Shown in pieces: positions 32,071 to 41,564 of a stretch of DNA of 52,277 nucleotides. The stretch is from IMG/VR virus record IMGVR_UViG_3300020172_002521, positions 1-52,277 of that record; one strand, written 5' to 3'. Under the pieces are notes generated by a model. That model was not told the origin of the DNA, did no database searches, and was given only the letters and a program-made list of their open reading frames with translations. Numbering within the stretch: the stretch's first letter is position 1; every line of letters starts with the position of its first letter. The translations under genes and the position numbers were made by a program. The stretch is from a virus (lineage: Duplodnaviria > Caudoviricetes).

Positions 32071-32646
32071 TTAAAACTTGTCAACAATGATCCATTTGTC
32101 TGGACCGTACCTGCAAACAATACCATTGAACTGTTTGATGTCCTTGCCATTCCAAGCAGTTTCTAAATACCATTTACATTCTTCACCTTTGTGATAAAAG
32201 GTAGGCTTTGCTGGATTAAGACGCAGACGTTTTAAATCGTCTAATATTGTTCCAACCTTTGGATTCAATATTGGTCTGTCTTTTTCCTCTGGCTCCTTAC
32301 AGATCACCACACTAGTATTAGCTATTGTACTTGAATTCAAGCCTGTGAGCAAATTTTTCTTTGCCAAATCTACAGCGGCGGAACAGGCTTTGGCAGGAGT
32401 GTAGTCACCATCCCAAATAAATTCACCTCTAGCAGGATACCATTTGTTACTAGTAAACCCTTCTAAGGTCACTGTACATTTTTGTTGGTTCTTACCAAAT
32501 GGTGTTACTTCTGCTTGAATATTTCGGATATCGGCAACCACACCTATTTCTTTAGAAACAATATGTTCCTTCATAATACATTCTTGAGCAGAAACACTCA
32601 GTACTGCTAACGATGTTATTAATGGGATTAATTTTAAGGTCTGCAT
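32071..32646 (-). CDS. exported Cys-containing protein
   Basis: Signal peptide ending VSA; six Cys. Confidence 0.7.
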   Translation of the reverse strand: MQTLKLIPLITSLAVLSVSAQECIMKEHIVSKEIGVVADIRNIQAEVTPFGKNQQKCTVTLEGFTSNKWYPARGEFIWDGDYTPAKACSAAVDLAKKNLLTGLNSSTIANTSVVICKEPEEKDRPILNPKVGTILDDLKRLRLNPAKPTFYHKGEECKWYLETAWNGKDIKQFNGIVCRYGPDKWIIVDKF

Positions 32647-32972
32647 TGGTAGTAAATTTCTTTAATGTTTACGTCAATTAGATAATCAACTTTACCAGTT
32701 ACAATATCTTTGTTTTTGCTATGATTTGATGAAAACCCGCCAAATATTGTTTTTTGGTAGAGGGCATCTCGTCGTTCATAGATAGTAGGACGCATGTCTC
32801 TTAGATAATTTAATTGCTGTTCTGCAATTGAACAGTCAATCTTAAAACTAGCCAAATCATCATTTTTCATAACAATCCGCTGTGTACTACCGCAACCAAC
32901 TAGACTAGTTAGTATTAGCACAGGTAGTACGTATTTCCCACATCTTTTGTTTAATTGAATCGATGTTTTCAT
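32634..32972 (-). CDS. putative lipoprotein
   Basis: LVGC lipobox; start uncertain. Confidence 0.55.
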   Translation of the reverse strand: MKTSIQLNKRCGKYVLPVLILTSLVGCGSTQRIVMKNDDLASFKIDCSIAEQQLNYLRDMRPTIYERRDALYQKTIFGGFSSNHSKNKDIVTGKVDYLIDVNIKEIYYQCRP

Positions 32973-33156
32973 TGTACAATCTTGGAAATTGATCGGCATA
33001 GGCTAGCTGGTCTTCTAACCAAGCAGTAATGCGTTTCTTGTTAAAACAATCCACAGGAATATTTTGCACTTCATATGGGGTGAGTACTCTATAATCGGCT
33101 GATGTTGCACAGCCAGTTATAAGAATAAGAAATGATAGACAAAGTGTTTTAATCAT
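32905..33156 (-). CDS. putative lipoprotein
   Basis: MIKTLCLSFLILITGC; ATG lies 7 nt below a -10 box. Confidence 0.65.
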   Translation of the reverse strand: MIKTLCLSFLILITGCATSADYRVLTPYEVQNIPVDCFNKKRITAWLEDQLAYADQFPRLYNENIDSIKQKMWEIRTTCANTN

Positions 33157-33162
33157 GCTATA

Positions 33163-33191
33163 AGTATACAGCATGATACTGGTTTTGTCAA
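33163..33191 (-). promoter_or_regulatory. sigma70-type promoter (probably leaderless transcript)
   Basis: TTGACA-N17-TATACT. Confidence 0.7.
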
Positions 33192-33207
33192 GACCCGGAT
33201 TTACCGA

Positions 33208-33927
33208 TTATTTGGAAAGATTGCCCAAATTTTTGTAGACTTTTTTGATTAGTCTTTTGAGTACAGGATGGTTAACATCTTTGGAAAAGGCATTAACATA
33301 GGCCCATAAGTTTATGCTGTCGTCAATTGATATTTCTTTGAGTTTGTGCAGCTTTTCTATGACCATTGAATACTCGTGTCTATCCAAAAGTTCGTTTGCT
33401 ATGTTATAGGCATAGGCGTTGATCTCGTCTAGCGAGCTTAGATAGAAACGATTTTCTTCATCTTGTTCCATTTCTTCCGGAGCATACTCAATTTTTTCAA
33501 CTTCTAAAAAATCTCTAGCACGATATTGGCTCATATGTATAACTTCATGACTTAGAGTGTCGGCAATTCTTCTGACAATAAGATTAAATGTTTCGTTGTC
33601 AATAATCATAACATCCTGCATGGGATTGGTTATGAGATATATTTCAATTGGAATATCTCCACCTTCGTCTAGCCCGCCGTCATAGTAACCATTTAAATCT
33701 AAATCATTTTGATCTACCTGACTTGCTTCTGCATGTTTAACATCTACGTTAAATCTTTGACCAATAAAGACTCCGAGGTCTTGTACAAGTTCGTCAACAC
33801 TGTAAAAATGATCTACAATCTGTGGACGCAATTCTTCTAGGATTTCTAATATTTCTTTTCTAGTAGGAACAACTACTGGCTTATCTAGTTTTGGGCAACA
33901 ATTAAATCTTTTAATTTTTTTTCTCAT
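33208..33927 (-). CDS. HExxH zincin-like protein (acidic)
   Basis: TLSHEVIHMSQY...DEINAYAYNIA. Confidence 0.7.
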   Translation of the reverse strand: MRKKIKRFNCCPKLDKPVVVPTRKEILEILEELRPQIVDHFYSVDELVQDLGVFIGQRFNVDVKHAEASQVDQNDLDLNGYYDGGLDEGGDIPIEIYLITNPMQDVMIIDNETFNLIVRRIADTLSHEVIHMSQYRARDFLEVEKIEYAPEEMEQDEENRFYLSSLDEINAYAYNIANELLDRHEYSMVIEKLHKLKEISIDDSINLWAYVNAFSKDVNHPVLKRLIKKVYKNLGNLSK

Positions 33928-34661
33928 TTCTTTAACCAATCAGTTGTTTTATAAGGCTTGCCTATTTCTTTAGCGTTAGGCATGTAGTTAATTATTTTCT
34001 TCTTTAATCTTTTAATAACAATGTGATCATGATCATGATCAAATGCACGTAGGTATGATATAAAAGGATTATCGGCTTTCTTTTTATTTGATAGATCTGA
34101 ACTAAGATATTTGATAATTTTTTTCTGATCATTATGAAATTTATCAAGTAACTGACAAGCAATGTTGAAACTATAAGCATCTATTTCGTCAGGATGTCCT
34201 AGATAATTTTGTTCTGATCTTTGTCTGCCTGCTTGGGCTGTACTTAGATATCCGGGGATATCTATAAATCCTCTTCTACGATACTGTCGTGTATGTATAA
34301 TTTCGTGAAGCAGAGTATCTGCAAAACTAGCACACATTTTTTTAAAATCAGATTTTTGTATTTTGATAGATTTTGCACCTACATTAAAATGTAGGGTTAA
34401 TGTAATTGCTTTGAGATTTTTTCTATCCGGTCTCCCGTCATACAACCCGCCAATCCAAACACAGTTAGCGTCTGTAGTAGGACCGTATGAAGAACGTATA
34501 TGTATTGGAATTTGAAAGAACCGTATTATTTTTCTAATAATAGAAGTATAATTTTTAGGAGTTAAATTTTTTTGAATAACCATCGGACCTGCAAGGCTTA
34601 CCATCTCTATAACTAGATGCCTACTTAATTCAGACCAATCGTAGTGTTGTGCTTTGGTCAC
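33924..34661 (-). CDS. HExxH zincin-like protein (basic)
   Basis: TLLHEIIHTRQY...DEIDAYSFNIA; GTG start with GAGG SD. Confidence 0.7.
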   Translation of the reverse strand: MTKAQHYDWSELSRHLVIEMVSLAGPMVIQKNLTPKNYTSIIRKIIRFFQIPIHIRSSYGPTTDANCVWIGGLYDGRPDRKNLKAITLTLHFNVGAKSIKIQKSDFKKMCASFADTLLHEIIHTRQYRRRGFIDIPGYLSTAQAGRQRSEQNYLGHPDEIDAYSFNIACQLLDKFHNDQKKIIKYLSSDLSNKKKADNPFISYLRAFDHDHDHIVIKRLKKKIINYMPNAKEIGKPYKTTDWLKK

Positions 34662-34720
34662 AGCGTTCCTCTGTTTTATGTAATTATCTAGAAAAAATCT
34701 CCTATTAACTACACAGTTAA

Positions 34721-35659
34721 TTATGATAAAATATCTACCCAGCGATCAATAACATATTTCCAATCATAACTTTGTGCGTGATTCTGTATTTCCAAGCATC
34801 TTTGACGATATTTTTCAGGATTAGACTTGTAGTAGCTTAGTATTTCTACTGTGCGTTCTAAAAATTCTTTTTCTTCCGTAGGTACAGCATACCCGCCTTT
34901 ATCGCCAATTCTTTGATGCCAGTGCCCAACTGCGGTACTAATTACTAGTTTTCCGGCAGCACCGCCCTCCATAACTGGAAGACCGGCCCCTTCTTCTGTG
35001 CTAGCCGCAACTACAGCATCAATCATTGTATAAAATCCAGGCATGGTTACAAAACTATGATGGTAAGGCTGTGCTACCCTGAATTCAAGTCCGGCACGAT
35101 CTACTGCTTCTTTTACCAGCCAACCACGTTTGTGATACTTGGGCTGTGCTAGACTTGACTGTACCATATCTGGGCTAAATTCTTCTTTAGGATGAAACGA
35201 TCCAGTATAGCCTACAACCTTTAGGCTATTATTTGGTTTACTATAAAATGTGTTGCAATTGATAGCAACCGGAGTAAGTTCTGCAGGACGCTGAATTCCT
35301 AGTTCTTTACTAAGGTCAACAAGCCACTGACTGACACAGGCATAACGATAGAACTTATCAAAATCTTCGTATCCGTGGAAATGAATAAGTTCAGTCATGT
35401 CTAATTTAGCATGACTAATAATCACACACTGTTCTGGTTTAACAGTTCCGTAGTTGTAACCAAGGAATCGCCAACCGTGCGGAGTAGTTACAAATAAATC
35501 AGTGGTCTCATTCAGTTCTAACATTTCTTCTTTGGTATAACTAGTATTCCAGGGAAGTAGCTGACAATTGAATCCGTAGCCCCATAGGTACTTAAATAAT
35601 TCGTAATGTACTGTGCCAAATGCCCAGTTGGGCTCAAAGTAAAAAACTACTCGTTTCAT
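34721..35659 (-). CDS. GT-B fold (GT4-like) glycosyltransferase
   Basis: [26 protein letters not shown] (E-x7-E). Confidence 0.8.
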   Translation of the reverse strand: MKRVVFYFEPNWAFGTVHYELFKYLWGYGFNCQLLPWNTSYTKEEMLELNETTDLFVTTPHGWRFLGYNYGTVKPEQCVIISHAKLDMTELIHFHGYEDFDKFYRYACVSQWLVDLSKELGIQRPAELTPVAINCNTFYSKPNNSLKVVGYTGSFHPKEEFSPDMVQSSLAQPKYHKRGWLVKEAVDRAGLEFRVAQPYHHSFVTMPGFYTMIDAVVAASTEEGAGLPVMEGGAAGKLVISTAVGHWHQRIGDKGGYAVPTEEKEFLERTVEILSYYKSNPEKYRQRCLEIQNHAQSYDWKYVIDRWVDILS

Positions 35660-36810
35660 AGTGAAAGTCCGGGATGTGATCGTGCCAGCCAGTTCATATT
35701 TTCACGTTCTGGATGTCTTTCATACCAACCCTTGCCGCTATAAACATCGTAGACCATTTGAAAGTATTCTTCATACATAGGTGCTACGCGGTCGAGACTA
35801 AAGTTTTCTCCAAACCTGCGACAGTTAGCAGGATCAATTTTGTGAATATTCTCAGCAGCCCATATGAACTGATCAAAGGTTCTACAACGATAACCAGTAA
35901 CTCCTTGTATGTTATTTTCACTGAACGATCCCCAGTCAGTGGTAATAGTTGGAGTTCCGCTTAATAACATTTCGACTTGAACGCCACCAAATGGTTCTGT
36001 GTACAAACTAGGTGCAAATGCTCCTTTGGCACGACTCATTAGTCGTTTACGAGTAGGAACATCGGCATATCCAATGAACTCAACATGATCGGGGGTCTTA
36101 GCATAACCCATAGATGCTAGATTGTTCTGTCCAGCAATCTTAAGTTTAGCACCAATTTCTCTTGTTGCTTCAATGGCAATATGTGTGCCCTTACCTTCAT
36201 AGACACGACCTAAGAATAAGAAATAATCTTCTTTTTCTTCTGGTGCAAAGGTGAAGTCATCTAGGTCAAAGTAGTTAGGAATAACTGCATTGTACCAATC
36301 TTGATTACAAGTACCTACACTGTGTAATCCGAAATAGGCATGCATGATCGCATAGCTTTCGAATATTTTCCATCGTGCCCAATGTCCGCCTGCATATCCA
36401 ATACCTGGTTCAACACAGATCATATCTTCGTGAGCATCACAGATAGCACGAACACCTGAACCCCAAAATGGAAGAATAAAATCTTTAGGTTGTTTACGTA
36501 GACCTATTTCGCGAATAGCGTTTTTGTAGAATGTTTGATACGCATGGTCATTAGTATCAAACTTAAAGAAATTACTACGCCAATCATAACTGCCATAGGC
36601 AATTTCTAAATCTTTATTTGTACTAACAGTGACATGTTCGTCACAGACTAGATCACTTTCTTCATGACCGTAATGGATAATGTAGTGCCCACGCTCTTTC
36701 ATCATTTTGCCAAACTTGACTACTTTTTGAGTGTAGGCACAGGCGTTGTACTCTTTGCTTGATACAGTATGGGGTAACCCCAAGATATGGAAACGAAATT
36801 TTTGGCTCAT
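35656..36810 (-). CDS. GT4 glycosyltransferase
   Basis: [10 protein letters not shown]; [27 protein letters not shown]. Confidence 0.88.
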   Translation of the reverse strand: MSQKFRFHILGLPHTVSSKEYNACAYTQKVVKFGKMMKERGHYIIHYGHEESDLVCDEHVTVSTNKDLEIAYGSYDWRSNFFKFDTNDHAYQTFYKNAIREIGLRKQPKDFILPFWGSGVRAICDAHEDMICVEPGIGYAGGHWARWKIFESYAIMHAYFGLHSVGTCNQDWYNAVIPNYFDLDDFTFAPEEKEDYFLFLGRVYEGKGTHIAIEATREIGAKLKIAGQNNLASMGYAKTPDHVEFIGYADVPTRKRLMSRAKGAFAPSLYTEPFGGVQVEMLLSGTPTITTDWGSFSENNIQGVTGYRCRTFDQFIWAAENIHKIDPANCRRFGENFSLDRVAPMYEEYFQMVYDVYSGKGWYERHPERENMNWLARSHPGLSL

Positions 36811-36811
36811 A

Positions 36812-37666
36812 TTATTCTGCTGGTAAAAAATCTAACACGTTTTTAGTTGCACCATCAATAATAAAGCTCTGATATTTTTCTAAATTATTAACTACAGTGT
36901 TAGGGAAATAGTCATCAACTTCAACGTACTCGAATTGTTCGTTGTAGTTATTGGGATCAAGTCCTCGTTTGTTCTTTAACATTTCATCTAGGTTAAGATT
37001 TCCTAGGATATAATCGTTGTTAGTTTCGCGGTGTGCAAAACTTTGTATTTTATTTCGGACATGATTTTCATTACCGAAGTAAGAGAAGTGCCAACCTGCG
37101 TGTGGAATACTGCACTGAACTCCGTCATTGTAATCCCAAGGACGCTGCATTAGTCCTACACCCATGTTACGTATATCTTGTGGAGTTCTTAGGAATTTTT
37201 TTCTAACGCCTATAGCACCAATTAGTGTAGTATTAGGCTTGTGCATCATGTAGTTCAATTTAAAATAGAACAGGGGTATTCTAGTAGCCCACAATGAATG
37301 ATCTGACTCACGCATATATTCTAAAGCAGCATCTCGAACTAGTTCATCACAGTCAGAAACAATGATAACATCTTCATCTGTGGCATCAGCTAGACCTCTT
37401 GATAATGCGTTACGTTGAAAGTTTTCTGGAACCCAAGCGTTAGAGTCTGTGGGCATATCTTCTACTTTGATATGAATAATTTTATCAGCGTAGTCTTTGA
37501 ATCGATCCCAGTTCTGTTCTAATACGAATTCTTTAGGAGCACCTTGGTGTGTTGTATTGGCTTCTGCAATAACAAATTTATCTACATGGTTCCAGTGTTC
37601 TTGTAATCGTAATTCTAAAATGTCGAACTCATTATAGAATGTAAAGCAATCGTATATTTTTTTCAT
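36812..37666 (-). CDS. GT17-like glycosyltransferase (beta-1,4-GlcNAc transferase family)
   Basis: [43 protein letters not shown] and KIQSFAH; start moved to MKKIYD because the upstream part overlaps a tRNA. Confidence 0.85.
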   Translation of the reverse strand: MKKIYDCFTFYNEFDILELRLQEHWNHVDKFVIAEANTTHQGAPKEFVLEQNWDRFKDYADKIIHIKVEDMPTDSNAWVPENFQRNALSRGLADATDEDVIIVSDCDELVRDAALEYMRESDHSLWATRIPLFYFKLNYMMHKPNTTLIGAIGVRKKFLRTPQDIRNMGVGLMQRPWDYNDGVQCSIPHAGWHFSYFGNENHVRNKIQSFAHRETNNDYILGNLNLDEMLKNKRGLDPNNYNEQFEYVEVDDYFPNTVVNNLEKYQSFIIDGATKNVLDFLPAE

Positions 37667-37679
37667 AGTATCTTTAAGT

Positions 37680-37753
37680 TGGTGCCCCACGACAGAATCG
37701 AACTGCCATCACAGGATTACAAAACCAGTGTACTGCCATTGTACTAGTAGGGC
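37680..37753 (-). tRNA. tRNA-Thr(UGU)
   Basis: GCCCTAC/GTGGGGC acceptor, GTAC D-stem, TT-TGT-AA loop, GGCAG-TTCGATT-CTGTC T-arm, encoded CCA. Confidence 0.85.
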
Positions 37754-37775
37754 GGCATAATATTTAAGTACAGCT

Positions 37776-37805
37776 ATTATACGCATCGACAAAACTGAAA
37801 GTCAA
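37776..37805 (-). promoter_or_regulatory. sigma70-type promoter for tRNA-Thr and the glycosyltransferases
   Basis: TTGACT-N18-TATAAT. Confidence 0.65.
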
Positions 37806-38536
37806 CTCCAGGGACGCATGTGTAGCCAAGTCATTGTACTGGGTCTTGATTCGCAGCAGAGTAGAACTTTATCATAGTCACTAAGATCATCGATTATAAA
37901 GATATAAGGATTTTTGGCACCTTGACGAATTGATTCAACTTGATGGGTGTCTTTAAAACGTGCTATAAGTTTATCAGTTAAACCTTCACGGATACAGTCG
38001 TGGCTTTCAACAATCACTGAAGTTTTAGCCAGTTCTGGAATTTTTTCTAGGTCTAGGAAGTCTTCTTCGTAGCCTTCGCAGTCCATAAAAATAAATGGTC
38101 TGTTGTATTTGCTAAGATAAGACCTAAAGTTTTCAACACTACTGTCAGTACTGAATTGTATTTTGTTTACTTTATTAACCTGTGCATTTTCTCTGGCAAT
38201 ATCAATAGCAGGTTGTTGGACATCAACTAGTACAATCTGTGCATTAGTCCTCATACCAAACCCAATGCCGTAATAGCCTTCGGCACTGCCAATGTTTAGT
38301 ACAAGATCTGGTGCGTGTGCAATTTCGTATTCTATACTATCAAATAGTTCACACTCGTATAGACCTAGTAGTTTGCCTGCACTATCTCCGTCGCCCCAAC
38401 TCCATTTAGGTAAAATTTTCATTCCCTGGAATGGACCTTTGAAAACGTGACCTTTGGTTCTACTCAAAATTAAATTGGTAAGTTCTTCTCGTCTTTTCCA
38501 GGACCATGCTACGTAATTGTTAAATGCTTCGGACAT
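37802..38536 (-). CDS. SAM-dependent methyltransferase (FkbM-like)
   Basis: LGLYE, VLNIGSAEGYY, FMDCEGYE and IVESH. Confidence 0.75.
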   Translation of the reverse strand: MSEAFNNYVAWSWKRREELTNLILSRTKGHVFKGPFQGMKILPKWSWGDGDSAGKLLGLYECELFDSIEYEIAHAPDLVLNIGSAEGYYGIGFGMRTNAQIVLVDVQQPAIDIARENAQVNKVNKIQFSTDSSVENFRSYLSKYNRPFIFMDCEGYEEDFLDLEKIPELAKTSVIVESHDCIREGLTDKLIARFKDTHQVESIRQGAKNPYIFIIDDLSDYDKVLLCCESRPSTMTWLHMRPWS

Positions 38537-38551
38537 AATATTTTTAAAATT

Positions 38552-38653
38552 TGGTACGGTCGGTAGGCTTCGAACCTACAAAGGCGATGTCTAAGACGCT
38601 GCCCCATCCCCGACCCAATTGGGTGGGAGCTTTGCCACTTTGCTCACGACCGC
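38552..38653 (-). ncRNA. 102-nt tRNA-like RNA (Leu-like body, non-canonical anticodon and variable arms)
   Basis: GCGGTCG/CGACCGT acceptor plus ACCA; AGC-AAAGTGGCAAA-GCT D-arm; GTAGG-TTCGAAG-CCTAC T-arm; no standard anticodon arm. Confidence 0.75.
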
Positions 38654-38658
38654 ATATC

Positions 38659-38687
38659 ATTATAACAGGGTAATCGATAATTGTCAA
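38659..38687 (-). promoter_or_regulatory. consensus sigma70 promoter directly upstream of the tRNA-like RNA
   Basis: TTGACA-N17-TATAAT. Confidence 0.85.
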
Positions 38688-38726
38688 ATGTTTCTTTGTT
38701 TGTTATAAGTAGTTATTTAATCTAAG

Positions 38727-38978
38727 ATGACTATGACAAATATTGAACAAAGACTTATTGATATAATTAAAGATTACAGCAAGGTTGACTTTGATGTAGT
38801 TCCTGAAATGGATCTAATTTTTGATCTTGGATTTGACAGTCTTTCCTTTACTGAGTTAATAGTAGCATGTGAAGATGAATTTAAGATCGAAATAGAGATT
38901 GATAATTTATCAATGGAAGCATCTCGAACTATAAAAGGCCTAGCTACTGCTATTGAATCTTTACTTAGTTCGAATTAA
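38727..38978 (+). CDS. acyl carrier protein
   Basis: Acidic 83 aa; DLGFDSLSFTELIVACEDEF phosphopantetheine motif. Confidence 0.88.
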   Translation: MTMTNIEQRLIDIIKDYSKVDFDVVPEMDLIFDLGFDSLSFTELIVACEDEFKIEIEIDNLSMEASRTIKGLATAIESLLSSN

Positions 38979-39752
38979 TTTGATGATCCAAAAGGTGGGA
39001 TCTAACTCCCACCATTTTTTACTATGATTTGAATTCTTCGGGTCAGCATGATGATTGTTATGCCAAGACTCCCCAAACAATACAAACCAAAGCCAAGGTA
39101 AATTTACACTATTATCATTAGTGTTAACATTTCTGTATCCAATATTTTTACAATGTGTTAAGCTAGTCTGCAATGAAAAACTATGAAATGTAATATATGC
39201 AGGTAAAATAATAAAATATAACCAAAGATTAATATCAATTAAGGCAATAATTATATTGCTAGCCCATAATATTTTAATATAGTGATTATGTAAAAATAAA
39301 CAAAATCGATCTTGTAACAAATGAGCAACTGACGTCCAGGTAGCAGTGTAATCTATATTATCTAATTTAAACATCCAGCCTATATAACTATGAAAAAAAC
39401 CGTGATTAGGAGTATGTAAATCTTTATCTGTGTCTGTATACCTATGATGATACCCTCGATGTATCGCTGTCCAAAATAGTGGGCTACCTTGTGCGGCCAT
39501 TGCTCCGAACCATAACATAACAATTTTAATTGGTCCGGATACTTTAAATCCTCTATGACTAGCGTATCGATGGTAACCGGCTGATATTCCTAACATATCT
39601 ATAAAAATAAATCCTAATATTGTATAGATATACCAAAAGGGTATTGGATTCAAAAATAAATTAATAATAGAAAAAGTTCCTAATATTAATAATGGAAGAA
39701 CAGCACCCCATAAATTACTCTGAGATATAATATTTTTAAATATTTTTTTCAT
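38961..39752 (-). CDS. membrane fatty-acid desaturase (delta-9-like)
   Basis: His boxes GYHRYASH, HRGYHH and GESWHNNHH; DLHTP; WWELDP. Confidence 0.9.
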   Translation of the reverse strand: MKKIFKNIISQSNLWGAVLPLLILGTFSIINLFLNPIPFWYIYTILGFIFIDMLGISAGYHRYASHRGFKVSGPIKIVMLWFGAMAAQGSPLFWTAIHRGYHHRYTDTDKDLHTPNHGFFHSYIGWMFKLDNIDYTATWTSVAHLLQDRFCLFLHNHYIKILWASNIIIALIDINLWLYFIILPAYITFHSFSLQTSLTHCKNIGYRNVNTNDNSVNLPWLWFVLFGESWHNNHHADPKNSNHSKKWWELDPTFWIIKLIRTK

Positions 39753-40300
39753 TTGGTTCTCCAATCCTTTAATAATGATTGATTGCCGTGGTACATAATT
39801 TTTTGCCAACAAGTATCATCATTAATATTATTGCAGGTAAGATATAATTGACTATCGTATTCAAACAATATACCAATATGTTTCATTAAAATATCTTGTG
39901 CAAATTTTTGCCAATTATTATACTGCCTACTCATAAACACTAATTCAGCATTAAGATGCTGATAACAATAATTTAATTGAGTTTCTATCACGTTGCCAAA
40001 CATAATCATTCCATTACGTTTATCTAAAATAGACGAACGTTGATTTTTTATTTTCCAAAGTCTATTAGCTATCCTGAAAGTACTATTTGGCCAACATGGC
40101 CTCTGTAAAATACTACTACCAAAATACGGTTTATGATTCTGATCAAATGTTAATGAAATAGCAGAACATTCTTCAAATGATTCTTTTGAATAATTTTTAT
40201 ATAAATGGTGGGAAGTATCTTGATATTGTTCTTGTCTTAATTGCTCAAACAAGTCGTCTAATTCTTTATTAGTTCCGGCAGTCCAAATTTTAGTGTACAT
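39749..40300 (-). CDS. hypothetical protein, possible GNAT/LuxI-FeeM-like acyltransferase
   Basis: Coupled between acpS and the desaturase; only weak fold-level resemblance (LFEQLR...; FRIANRLW; LVFMSR). Confidence 0.45.
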   Translation of the reverse strand: MYTKIWTAGTNKELDDLFEQLRQEQYQDTSHHLYKNYSKESFEECSAISLTFDQNHKPYFGSSILQRPCWPNSTFRIANRLWKIKNQRSSILDKRNGMIMFGNVIETQLNYCYQHLNAELVFMSRQYNNWQKFAQDILMKHIGILFEYDSQLYLTCNNINDDTCWQKIMYHGNQSLLKDWRTK

Positions 40301-40670
40301 ATTCTAATACAGCAGACGAAATCAAATAGTCGCCGTCATGGCTGACGCTGATATGGCATCTAAGGTTCTGCGCCATCTTACCTAGATAATTTATAAAAGA
40401 TGTCTGTGGTTGCCCTAGTGGAGATTTAGAAATTTCTATATTTTTCCAAACAACTATGCCAGCAATCCCAGTACCATAGGATTTAGCCACTGATTCCTTT
40501 ATACTCCAATGTTTGGCTAAGAATATAAATTTTCTAGCATCAATGCAAGAATAGTATTCTGCTAGTTCGTTGGCAGTAAGAATTCGTTTGGCAAAACGTT
40601 CCAATCTATTTGAATTCATAGATTGAAATCTTCTAAGATCAACAATGTCTATACCCGTGCCTTTTATCAT
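40290..40670 (-). CDS. acpS: holo-ACP synthase (phosphopantetheinyl transferase)
   Basis: GTGIDIV, RILT..E, LAKHWSIKESVAKSYGTG and HISVSHDG. Confidence 0.92.
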   Translation of the reverse strand: MIKGTGIDIVDLRRFQSMNSNRLERFAKRILTANELAEYYSCIDARKFIFLAKHWSIKESVAKSYGTGIAGIVVWKNIEISKSPLGQPQTSFINYLGKMAQNLRCHISVSHDGDYLISSAVLEYVH

Positions 40671-40676
40671 ACTGTA

Positions 40677-40704
40677 ATTATACTTTTTTATTTTAGTCTG
40701 TCAA
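40677..40704 (-). promoter_or_regulatory. sigma70-type promoter; probably leaderless acpS transcript
   Basis: TTGACA-N16-TATAAT, 7 nt above the ATG. Confidence 0.65.
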
Positions 40705-40742
40705 GATCCTGGTAAATATGCATCGCACTTCAAGGACCCGAT

Positions 40743-41564
40743 ATGTTTTTAGGACACCGTACAGATTTAGAAAATGGACAGATAAAATCATTAGATATTT
40801 TAGACGGCAAAAAAGTTTTGCTCAATGACAACGGAAGTTATAAACTAGGTAGTAATATTTGCCCCCACCAAAATAGTAGAATTGTTTCTGGAACTGCTAC
40901 AGAACTACGATGCCAGTATCACGGTTGGTCGTGGAATAATGACGGCAGTCCTCGAGATTCTGGATCCAGTAAAATGTGTAATGAAGCAAGACTTCATATG
41001 AAACCTGTACACGAATATAAAGGATTACTGTTTGCTGATGATATTGATCTATCAGTGTTGGACGATATATCTTTTGAAGATTTAGAGTTAGATGAATTTA
41101 GAGTCAATAGTTTAAATGCAGATCCAAAAATTAGTATGGATATCTTTTTAGATGTCGATCATATTCCTGTAGTGCATAACGGCGTCTACGACCTATTAGG
41201 CATTGAAGGCGAAGCAAATGTATCTTGGGACTTTAGAGACTGGGGTAGTGTACAGACTGTTACAGACGAGAAGAATAATAAAATTGCCCTTTGGATAGCG
41301 GTGTATCCTTATACTATGATTGAATGGCAATTAGGAGCATTATTTGTCAGTCAATGCTTTGACGATAACAAAATAGCAGTTTGGAAATACAAAGATAAAA
41401 CAGACTCTGATGAAAATTATAAAGTTAATTCTGATATGTGGGAAACAGCATTTGCACAAGATGTCATGCAAGCGGAACAAATGGTTAGATTCCCTACAAC
41501 AATCTACTTGGAAGACGCAAAGAAACACTACAGAGAGTGGCTGACTAATGCAATTAGTAGATAA
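40743..41564 (+). CDS. Rieske non-heme iron oxygenase
   Basis: CPH...CQYHGW [2Fe-2S] motif; DVDHIPVVH...QD mononuclear iron ligands. Confidence 0.88.
   Translation: MFLGHRTDLENGQIKSLDILDGKKVLLNDNGSYKLGSNICPHQNSRIVSGTATELRCQYHGWSWNNDGSPRDSGSSKMCNEARLHMKPVHEYKGLLFADDIDLSVLDDISFEDLELDEFRVNSLNADPKISMDIFLDVDHIPVVHNGVYDLLGIEGEANVSWDFRDWGSVQTVTDEKNNKIALWIAVYPYTMIEWQLGALFVSQCFDDNKIAVWKYKDKTDSDENYKVNSDMWETAFAQDVMQAEQMVRFPTTIYLEDAKKHYREWLTNAISR

Noticed and set aside
37667-37690. N-terminal extension of the GT17 ORF (MGHQLKDT)
   Set aside because: It overlaps the 3' end of tRNA-Thr; MKKIYDCF matches the family start
38552-38653. tRNA-Sec, ochre-suppressor or tmRNA interpretation of the tRNA-like RNA
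   Set aside because: No UCA anticodon or 8-bp acceptor; the TTA triplet lacks U33 and a proper stem; no G3-U70 pair or tag ORF
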